A stretch of 9,960 nt of DNA from positions 1 through 9,960 of the forward strand of contig NW_021827756.1 of assembly GCF_006345805.1 (NCBI RefSeq). Reading direction: 5' to 3'. The position numbers and the translations under genes were made by a program. The notes under the pieces are model-generated. The model was not told the DNA's origin and did no database searches. It worked only from the letters and a program-made list of their open reading frames with translations. This document shows, in pieces, positions 1-7,093 of the stretch. How positions within the stretch are numbered: the stretch's first letter is position 1; each line of letters opens with the position of its first letter. This DNA comes from Octopus sinensis (lineage: Eukaryota).

Positions 1-72
1 CTCTGTCACTATTCAAGATGAGGAGTGTATTTACATGTTTGACACACAGGTTTCAAGCAAAAGAAGAGTATA

Positions 73-130
73 AGAGAGAGAGAGAGAGTGAGAGAGAGAG
101 GGGGGAAAGGAATGAGAGAGAGGCGAAGGG

Positions 131-169
<39 letters not shown>

Positions 170-171
170 GA
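73..171. repeat. Interrupted (GA)n microsatellite
   Basis: Direct reading of AG dinucleotide runs, with short interruptions. Confidence 0.95.
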
Positions 172-233
172 AACAAACATGTGAGACACCAATAAAACAC
201 AAAGCAAACAAAAATTATATACACCTTTTTAAA

Positions 234-467
234 GGCGGCGAGGGGCTGGCAGAAACGTTAGCACGCCGGGCGAAATGCGTAGCTGTATTTCGTCTGTCGA
301 TACGTTCCGAGTTCAAATTCCGTCGAGGTCGACTTTGCCATTCATCCTTTCGGGGTCGATAAATTAAGTACCTGTTACGCAATGAGGTCGATATAATCGA
401 CTTAATCCGTTTGCCTGTCCTTGTTTGTCTCCTCTATGTTTATCCCCTTGTGGGCAATAAAGAAATA
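234..467 (+). mobile_element. tRNA-headed SINE, family A, short-tail monomer with perfect 18-bp TSD
   Basis: Starts GGCGGCGAG, has an A-box-like TGGCAGAAACG and a B-box-like GAGTTCAAATTCC, body CTTTGCCATTCATCCTTTCGGGGTCGATAAATTAAGTACC, and ends AATAAAGAAATA. Flanked by identical TATATACACCTTTTTAAA at 216-233 and 468-485. Homologous copies occur elsewhere in the window. Confidence 0.9.
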
Positions 468-693
468 TATATACACCTTTTTAAACACTGGAATAATTTA
501 AACGACAAGTATTGAAAAAAAATTCTAAAGCACGAAGATAAACTAAAGAGAGAGGAGAAGAGAGAGAGATGTAAATGTTAAAAGAAAAAAGACAGGAAAG
601 ACAAACATAAAACAGTACACAAAATGTACAAAAATAAAACGAAACTTAAAAACAGAATAAGATAAAACAAAAGTCATTCCGCTACTCAGCCTC

Positions 694-732
694 AAACGAG
701 AATGAAACGAGAAATGAAACGAGAAATGAAAC
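694..732 (+). repeat. Short tandem repeat, ~12-bp unit GAAATGAAACGA, ~3 copies
   Basis: AAACGAG AATGAAACGAG AAATGAAACGAG AAATGAAAC. Confidence 0.8.
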
Positions 733-836
733 TACAACACACGTCCACATCGACAAGAAATAATGGCGTACATTTAAAAGATTACATATAAACACAAGGC
801 TTTAAGCACGCAATTATATATTTTTGTATGTATTCG

Positions 837-934
837 TGTGTGTGTGTGTGTGTGTGCAAGCATATGTGTGCATGTGTGTGTGAGAGAGAGAGAGAGAGGG
901 GGGGGGGGTAAACAGACACAAAGAGAGAGAGAGA
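837..934. repeat. Compound (GT)n-(GA)n-poly(G) microsatellite
   Basis: Direct reading. Confidence 0.9.
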
Positions 935-949
935 CATATACCTTGTTCG

Positions 950-981
950 TCACGCTAGCGTTTCTGTGAGCTCACAGCCTT
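950..981 (-). mobile_element. Isolated 5' head fragment of a family A SINE
   Basis: Reverse complement AAGGCTGTGAGCTCACAGAAACGCTAGCGTG aligns to the head of the 234-467 copy (AAGGCGGCGAG..CTGGCAGAAACGTTAGCACG). Confidence 0.55.
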
Positions 982-1387
982 AATAATAATGGTTTCAAAT
1001 TTTGGCACAAGGCCAACAATTTCGGGGGAAGGGCAAGTTGATTACATCGACCCCAGTGCTCTACTGGTACTTTATTTATCGACCCCGAAAGGATGAATGG
1101 CAAAGTCGATCTCGGCAGAATTTGAATTCAGAACGTAACGACGGACGAAATATCTATTTCTTTACTACCCACAAGGGGCTAAACACAGAGGGGACAAACA
1201 AGGATAGACAAACGGATTAAGTCGATTATATCGACCACAGTGCGTAACTGGTACTTAGTTAACTGACCCCGAAAGAATGAAAGGCAAAGTCGGCATCGGC
1301 GGAATTTGATCTCAGAACGCAATGACGGACGAAATACTGCTAAGCATTTTGCCCGGCGTGCTAACGTTTCTGCCAGGTCACAGTCGT
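982..1387 (-). mobile_element. Family A SINE, dimeric: short-tail unit (1154-1387) fused to an A-box-less long-tail unit (991-1153)
   Basis: Reverse complement of 1154-1376 aligns end to end with 245-466 (roughly 85-90% identical by eye). The body then restarts at TATTTCGTC and ends in GGCCTTGTGCCAAAATTTGAAACC followed by (ATT)n. Confidence 0.88.
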
Positions 1388-1416
1388 AATGATAAAGATA
1401 ATAATTGCCTCCAGTA

Positions 1417-1500
1417 TTGGCACAAGGCCAACAAGTTTAGATCCCCACCTGAAACAATGAAATCCAAAGTTGAACTCGGACGAATTTGAACTCAGAACGT
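1417..1500 (-). mobile_element. Degenerate, internally deleted family A SINE fragment
   Basis: TTGGCACAAGGCCAACAA (the tail, as at 1002-1019) joined to CAAAGTTGAACTCGGACGAATTTGAACTCAGAACGT (the B-box region), with the middle missing. Confidence 0.7.
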
Positions 1501-1540
1501 ATGTGTATGCGTGTTATTATCATTATTTTCTGATAAATTT

Positions 1541-1630
1541 AGGACTCATAAAGGCCGGTTACTCGGTTTCCATGACATAAACGACTGAAACAAAAACACT
1601 GACCATGAAGGGGACGCTTGTGTGTTGCAG
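1541..1630 (-). mobile_element. Degenerate 3' fragment related to family C SINE
   Basis: GGACTCATAAAGGCCGGTTACTCGGTTTCC resembles the reverse complement of GGAAACCGGGAAACCGACCCTTAAGATCC at 6263-6291. Confidence 0.45.
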
Positions 1631-1632
1631 AG

Positions 1633-1785
1633 TGCAAGGCCAGCAATTCTGAGGAGGCTAATCGATTACATTGACCCAAGTACTTGAATGGTATTTTGTT
1701 TTATTAATCCCAAACTGATACAAAAAGGTGATCTCAGCGAAATCTGAATTCAGAACGTAAAGAGCCGGAAGAAACGGCGCTAAAA
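1633..1785 (-). mobile_element. Old family A SINE (long tail), degenerate
   Basis: CAAGGCCAGCAATT...AATCGATTACATTGACCCAAGT...GATCTCAGCGAAATCTGAATTCAGAACGTAA aligns with 1008-1140. Confidence 0.75.
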
Positions 1786-1810
1786 TTCATCAAGGCGGTG
1801 CCCGAGCATA

Positions 1811-1990
1811 ACGGAAAAAAAACAAAAGATGAAGACAGGTGGTGTACAAAACAAACAGATGTATTAGTATAACGCTCAGGAATAGAAAAAGTATTTTACA
1901 TTTCGAGCCTACGCTCTTCTACAGAAAAAAATAAGGAGAGAAACAAGGAGAGAAAAAAAGGAGAGAAAAAAAAGGAGAGAAAAAAAACTT
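1811..1990 (-). mobile_element. Probable Penelope-like element terminal fragment carrying a degenerate hammerhead motif
   Basis: Hammerhead-like motif at 1894-1931. Shares GTATTA..ACGCTCAGGAA with 7653-7673. Ends in an (AAGGAGAGAAAA)-type tandem at 1933-1988. The family assignment is inferred from the known hammerhead-PLE association. Confidence 0.45.
1894..1931 (-). ncRNA. Degenerate minimal type I hammerhead ribozyme motif
   Basis: Minus strand reads UUUUUUU CUGUAGA A GAGC-GUAG-GCUC GAAAU GUA AAA. It has a perfect 4-bp stem II, GAAA, a GUA triplet and a U/A stem I, but the core is CUGUAGA rather than CUGANGA and stem III is AU/GU. Confidence 0.5.
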
Positions 1991-2147
1991 ATTTTAATCG
2001 ACTCAGGAAGATGAAAGGCAAAGTCAAACTCAGTGGAACTTGCACTCAAAACGTAAAGACAAACATAAATGCCACAAAGCATTTTGGGCGAACATGCTAA
2101 CGACTGTGCCACCTCACCATCCAAACGACTGTGCCACTTCACCATCC
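1991..2147 (-). mobile_element. Old family A SINE, 5' half, with a 25-bp tandem duplication of its head
   Basis: GATGAAAGGCAAAGTCAAACTCAGTGGAACTTGCACTCAAAACGTAA...AAGCATTTTGGGCGAACATGCTAACGACTGTGCC aligns with 1277-1375. AACGACTGTGCCAC(C/T)TCACCATCC occurs at 2099-2122 and 2124-2147. Confidence 0.7.
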
Positions 2148-2386
2148 TAAGATATTCACCACTTTTAATCCCGCTTAATCTCAATGCGAAACGCTTTCGT
2201 TAACCAACCATTACTCTGTCTCTGTTACTCACTCACTCTCCTCTCCCTCACACTCTTCTTACTTACTCCCCCTTCTATATTTTTACCTTATGTTCTTGTT
2301 CCCTTTTGTCTCGGTCATGCTCTTATTCTGCTCCGTGCAAACTTTCTGCTCTGCTTTGCTTTGCCGTCTAGTCAATTCAGTCATCT

Positions 2387-2398
2387 TCTATCTATTTA

Positions 2399-2459
<61 letters not shown>
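2387..2459. repeat. (TCTA)n tetranucleotide microsatellite
   Basis: Direct reading. Confidence 0.97.
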
Positions 2460-2520
2460 GGATGAATGTGTGTATATCTACCAATCTCTCTCTCTATTCC
2501 TCCCTCACCACACCTCTCCC

Positions 2521-2559
2521 TGTATGTATGTGTAATATATATATATATAGATATATATG

Positions 2560-2590
<31 letters not shown>

Positions 2591-2699
2591 GTATATATAT
2601 ATATATGTGTGTGTATATATATATGTATATATTTATGTATGTATATATGTAATGTAAATATGTATGTATATAATATGTATATATAGATATGTATATATA

Positions 2700-2744
<45 letters not shown>

Positions 2745-2860
2745 GTGTATATATATATATATACTGTATATATATATATGTATATATATGTGTGTATATT
2801 ATGAAGTATAATATTATATATCTTATATATATTGTATATCTATATAATATATATATACAG
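2521..2860. repeat. Long interrupted (TA)n/(TATG)n array
   Basis: Direct reading. Confidence 0.95.
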
Positions 2861-2906
2861 CTACCTATTTATCTATCCATTTGCTAAATGGGTAGCAATC
2901 CCTCTG

Positions 2907-2910
<4 letters not shown>

Positions 2911-2944
<34 letters not shown>

Positions 2945-3025
2945 CCTGCTCGTGTGTGTGTATGTATGTATATACGTATGCATGTGCGTGTATGTATGTG
3001 TCTGTCTATGAGCGTATGCATTTAA

Positions 3026-3058
<33 letters not shown>

Positions 3059-3059
3059 T
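2911..3059. repeat. (TC)n, (TG/TATG)n and (TA)n microsatellites
   Basis: Direct reading. Confidence 0.9.
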
Positions 3060-3176
3060 ACATTCAGTATCCCATTTTTTGTTTATATATCCCCCCTCTT
3101 CCTTTCCTATCCTACTATTTTTTTTTGATAGTTTTTGTTATTTGTCTTGGTTTAATTTTTTTATTTACTGTTTTTG

Positions 3177-3180
<4 letters not shown>

Positions 3181-3209
<29 letters not shown>

Positions 3210-3428
3210 TTTGATTTTTCTGTCTGGTAGTGTTTCCTTCTTTCTTTCTTTTTTCCTCTCTCTTTCTTTCTCACCTCCCCTTCTCCTTCTTCTTCTTCTT
3301 CTTCTTCTTCTTCTTTCCTTTCTTTCTTTCCTTACTTCCCTTCTTTCTTTACTTTCTTTTTTTTACTTTCCTTTCTTTCCCTTTTTCTTTTCTTTCCTTC
3401 TTTCTTTACTTTCTTCACTTTCTTCCTT
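3181..3428. repeat. (ATT)n at 3181-3206 followed by a ~190-bp near-pure polypyrimidine tract including (CTT)n
   Basis: Direct reading. 3236-3428 is almost entirely C/T on the plus strand. Confidence 0.9.
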
Positions 3429-3659
3429 CTGCTATCTACTTCTTTTGTCAAATTTCCCACGAGTGTCCTATGTTGAGCAAGTGGTTGTGTTAAAATTTAC
3501 TCATATTTCTGTCTGAGGCGCAAGCTATTTCGTTTTCACTTTTTAGCTTTTATTTTTTTTTTGGTTTTTTTTTTCTATTTCATTTCATTTTATTTATTTT
3601 ACTTTTTATATTAATGCTAGAGAATGCATGCTTAAATTGAAACCTCCCCGCCCTGCTTT

Positions 3660-3948
3660 CTCTCTCTCTCTCTCTCTCTCCCTATATATATATATATATA
3701 TAATATATATTATATATATAAATGCGTGTGTATCTGTCTCTCTCTCTCCTCTCTCCTTCATACCCTCATATATAAATACACGCAAGCACACTCACACACA
3801 CGTACAAACATACACACAACATATAATGCAGTCTTCTATTTCTTTCTCTCAATGTGGTTCTCCTGTCACATTTCTCTCTCTGCGCCTGTCTGTCTCTGTT
3901 CTCTCTCTCTCTCTCTCTCTCCCTCTCCCTCTCCCTCTCTCTCTCTCT
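3660..3948. repeat. (TC)n, (TA)n and (CA)n microsatellite cluster
   Basis: Direct reading: TC runs at 3660-3680 and 3890-3948, TA run at 3683-3720. Confidence 0.9.
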
Positions 3949-4216
3949 CGTAGCACACCCAGTGCTTGCAATAAATACATAAATATATAATTTAATTTAA
4001 GAAAAAAAAATCATGAAAAAAATAAAAAAGAAAAAGAAATTAAAGAAAAACAGGAATTAATAAAAGAGACGAAAAAAAGAGACGCACACTCTTGGACCAA
4101 GATGAAGAATGAGATAAGAACGCCTTATGAAGATATAGAACCTCCCAACAAAATACATTGAAACTAAAAGATTTAAAAACATACATATATATATATACGT
4201 ATATATGTATATGCAT

Positions 4217-4500
4217 AAGGCGGCGAGTTCTGGGTTCAAATTCCGCCGAGGTGGACTTTGCCTTTCATCCTTTCGGGGTCGATAAATTAAGAACCAGTTA
4301 CGCACTGGGGTCGATGTAATCGACTTAATCCGTTTTGTCTGTCTTTGTTTGTCCTCTCTGTATTTAACCCTTTGTGGGTAGTAAAGAAATAGGTATTTCG
4401 TCTGTCGTTACGTTCTGAGTTCAAATTCCGACGAGTTCGACTTTGCCTTTCATCCTTTCGGGGTCAATAAATAAAGTACCATTTTCACACTGGAGTCGAT
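4217..4500 (+). mobile_element. Family A SINE, dimeric, with the A-box region deleted and the second unit truncated
   Basis: AAGGCGGCGAG is joined directly to TTCTGGGTTCAAATTCC. The short tail ends AAAGAAATAG at 4392, then a second unit restarts at GTATTTCGTC (4393) and stops at GAGTCGAT (4500). Confidence 0.88.
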
Positions 4501-4517
4501 ATATATATATATACATA

Positions 4518-4901
4518 GGTGCAGGAATGGCTATCTGGTACGAAGCTTACTTCCCAGCCACTTGGTTCCGGGTTCAGTCCCACTGCGTGGCACCTTGGGC
4601 AAGTGTTGTCTACTATAGTCTAGGGCCGACCAAAGCCTCGTGAATGGATTTGTTTGACGGAAACTGAAAGAAGCCGTCGTATATATGTATGTATGTATTT
4701 GTGTGTCAGTGTTTGTCACCTCACCATCGCTTGACAACCGTTGTTGTGTTCACGTCCCGTAACTTAGCGGTTCGGCAAAAGACACTGCTAGAATAAGTAC
4801 TAGTCTTACAAAGAATAAGTCCTGGGGGCGATTTGTTCGATTAAATGCGATGCTCCTGCATGGCCCCGGTAAAATGACTGAAACAAGTAAAGAATAAAAG
4901 A

Positions 4902-4903
<2 letters not shown>
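4518..4903 (+). mobile_element. tRNA-headed SINE, family B, full length
   Basis: A-box-like TGGCTATCTGG (4528-4538), B-box-like GGTTCAGTCCC (4571-4581), CORE-like CACCTTGGGCAAGTG, an internal TA/TG microsatellite, and a 3' end ATGACTGAAACAAGTAAAGAATAAAAGAAT. Two other copies occur in the window. Confidence 0.9.
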
Positions 4904-4934
<31 letters not shown>

Positions 4935-4977
4935 TATGTATTATGTATGTATATATGTATGTATATACGTATATATA
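4904..4977. repeat. (TA)n/(TATG)n spacer between the two inverted family B SINEs
   Basis: Direct reading. Confidence 0.9.
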
Positions 4978-5386
4978 TTACTCGTTTACTCTTTTACTTG
5001 TTTCAGTCATTTGACTGCGGCCTTGCTGGAGCACCGCCTTTAGTCGAGCAAATCGATCCCAAGACTTATTCTTTGTAAGCCTAGTACTTATTATTTCGGT
5101 CTCTTTTGCCAAACCGCTAAGTGACGGGGATGTAAACACATCGCCATCGGTTGTCAGGCGATGTTGGGGGAACAAACACAGACACACACAAACACACACG
5201 CACATATATACATATACAAACATACGACGGGCTTCTTTCAGTTTCCGTCTACCAAATCCACTCACAAGATTTTGGTCGGCCCGAGGCTATAGTAGAAAAC
5301 ATTTACCCAGGAGCCACGCAGTGGGACTGAACCCGGAACCATGTGGTTAGTAAACAAGCTACTTACCACACAGCCACTCCTGCGCC
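4978..5386 (-). mobile_element. tRNA-headed SINE, family B, full length, inverted relative to 4518-4903
   Basis: Reverse complement starts GGCGCAGGAGTGGCTGTGTGGTAAG, contains GGTTCAGTCCC, and ends AAACAAGTAAAAGAGTAAACGAGTAA. Collinear with the 4518-4903 copy. Confidence 0.92.
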
Positions 5387-5426
5387 TATGTATATAATAT
5401 ATATATATTATATATATATGTGTGTA

Positions 5427-5500
<74 letters not shown>
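5387..5500. repeat. (TA)n/(TG)n/(TATG)n array
   Basis: Direct reading. Confidence 0.92.
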
Positions 5501-6028
5501 CGTAGAATTAGATAAGGCACGCATATACATTCAGAGATAATACACTTGCATATCTTATTACATACATCTTATGTCTATGCGTGTATATGCATGTATAGTT
5601 ATACACAAACACACACACACACACATAGATGATCAAAATGAATAAATAACACATGCGTATAACAATTTACATTTTGTAATTATGCACACGCAGGTGATAA
5701 AAATTATATATTAATGCATACACAGATAGTATCCTTACATTTACTATAAACATAGATAATAATGCATATAATTATACACACATCGAGAATATAATTATAT
5801 AAGCAATAAAAAAGTCATCTATACATATGCATACTCAAATTATATACATGCAGATATACACACATACGCAAACACTTATGTACACACAGATAGCCTCTAA
5901 TACTTGGTTGATCAGAACGTCCGTTCCTCTTTTTAAGAGAAAATATGACACAAGTTGTAAACATAAAGCGATTTATTCTATTAATGATATAATTACTGTT
6001 TCGTTCCTGTATCTTCATTTACTGATAT

Positions 6029-6319
6029 GTGGAGGCACATGGCATAGTGGTTAGAGCAGCGGACTCGCGGCCGAGGGATCGCAGGTTCGAATCTCAGACC
6101 GGACGATGTGTGTGTTTATGAGCGAAACACCTAATCTACACGCGGCTCCGGCAGAAGGTAATGGCGAACTTCTGCTGACTCTTTCGCCACAACTTTCTCT
6201 CACTCTTTCCTCCTGCATCTTGCAGCTCACCTGCGACGGACAGGTGAGGTACCTATACGCTAAGGAAACCGGGAAACCGACCCTTAAGATCCAGGCGTGA
6301 CTCGAGAAGGAACAAACAA
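6029..6319 (+). mobile_element. tRNA-derived SINE, family C
   Basis: GTGGAGGCACATGGCATAGTGGTTAGAGC contains a good A box (TGGCATAGTGG) and GGTTCGAATCTC is a B box at tRNA-like spacing. The 3' end is GGAACAAACAA. CCTGCGACGGAC resembles the V-domain of V-SINEs as I recall it (unverified). It is a SINE head rather than a tRNA gene, because no acceptor stem closes. Confidence 0.85.
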
Positions 6320-6667
6320 TTAATGATATAATTACCGTTTCATTCCAGTATTTCGTGAGCAAATTCATTATTCCTTGCTTAAAGAATTTCCTACTGACGA
6401 AAAAAAACTCTTCTTAGTGTACCTGCGAACGTTTTACACCGCCTTCCACGACTATCAAATTCTTACAATTTTGAGAACAATAACATCGCTCTTTTCAAGG
6501 CAACTTCGCATTCAATTCTTACACCATTCTACGAGGGGATAGGAACCCCTTTACACGGCTTTCTATACACTTACAAATACATTCATTCGCCGTAAACTTA
6601 TATCAATATTTGCCTGAATAATCATCATAATTTAGTGCAATCATTAACAGTACTTTCAAGCAATTCA

Positions 6668-6697
6668 GCCCCGAGCATCGCCGGGCAATTCTGCTAG
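6668..6697 (+). mobile_element. Helitron-like 3' terminus (5' boundary not determined)
   Basis: GC-rich hairpin CCCG-A-GC-ATC-GC-CGGG (6670-6685) lies 8 nt upstream of CTAG (6694-6697), which is followed by T. This matches the canonical Helitron 3' end in an otherwise AT-rich context. Confidence 0.65.
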
Positions 6698-6839
6698 TAT
6701 ATATATATATATATATATATAAAAAGAGCAATAAAGATTCAAGTTAATTTAAAAAAATTTACTTGAATATGGTACCTAACTTAGATGCACCAAAAAAAAA
6801 CTATACTGATTTAACAATACAGTTGTGGGGTGATTATAA

Positions 6840-6913
6840 GCGAGAAAGAAGCAACAAGAATGGATAGGTTTTTAGTACTAAAAACCTATCCATTCTTGTT
6901 GCTTCTTTCTCGC
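6840..6913. repeat. Perfect 74-bp palindrome with no spacer
   Basis: GCGAGAAAGAAGCAACAAGAATGGATAGGTTTTTAGT|ACTAAAAACCTATCCATTCTTGTTGCTTCTTTCTCGC. The 37-bp arms were checked base by base; the centre is 6876/6877. Confidence 0.97.
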
Positions 6914-6914
6914 G

Positions 6915-7012
6915 TATATATATATATATATATATATAATGTATATATATATGTATATATATATATATATATATAATATATAGAAGTATATTATATATAT
7001 ATATATATATAT
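6915..7012. repeat. Interrupted (TA)n array
   Basis: Direct reading. Confidence 0.93.
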
Positions 7013-7093
7013 AATAATAATAAATATTAGGGAATAAATCCAAATTTACAGGGAAAAAATCAGATTTAGGATTAAATCCAATTTTATAGTAAA

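Noticed and set aside
694-732. Repeat arrays here, at 1933-1988 and at 2099-2147 considered as CRISPR-like
   Set aside because: Units are adjacent with no unique spacers, and the context is eukaryotic.
1649-1700. Other CTGANGA hits on the plus strand (near 1649, 6392 and 8693)
   Set aside because: None is followed by a stem II and GAAA at hammerhead spacing.
2873-2898. Small alternative hairpins CTATCCATTT-GCT-AAATGGGTAG and TTGCTA-AATGGG-TAGCAA
   Set aside because: Short, AT-rich and next to low-complexity sequence; within chance expectation.
3236-3428. Polypyrimidine tract as a splice acceptor or H-DNA element
   Set aside because: No convincing exon follows it. Triplex potential is generic for such tracts, which are common in this repeat-rich sequence.
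2184-3990. Hydrophobic or IY/LS-repeat ORFs that mimic membrane proteins
   Set aside because: They are translations of (TCTA)n, (TA)n, (TC)n, (ATT)n and (CTT)n repeats.
4081-4185. Short stop-free, protein-like reading frame (DAHSWTKMKNEIRTPYEDIEPPNKYIETKRFKN)
   Set aside because: About 35 codons, an A-rich upstream flank instead of a polypyrimidine tract, and no donor site; expected by chance.
6029-6105. tRNA gene candidate
   Set aside because: A and B boxes are present but no acceptor stem closes, and the sequence continues into a SINE body with a related fragment at 1541-1630.
6226-6248. Hairpin CTCACCTG-CGACGGA-CAGGTGAG
   Set aside because: A real 8-bp stem, but it is internal to the family C SINE and most likely part of its conserved central domain, not an independent element.
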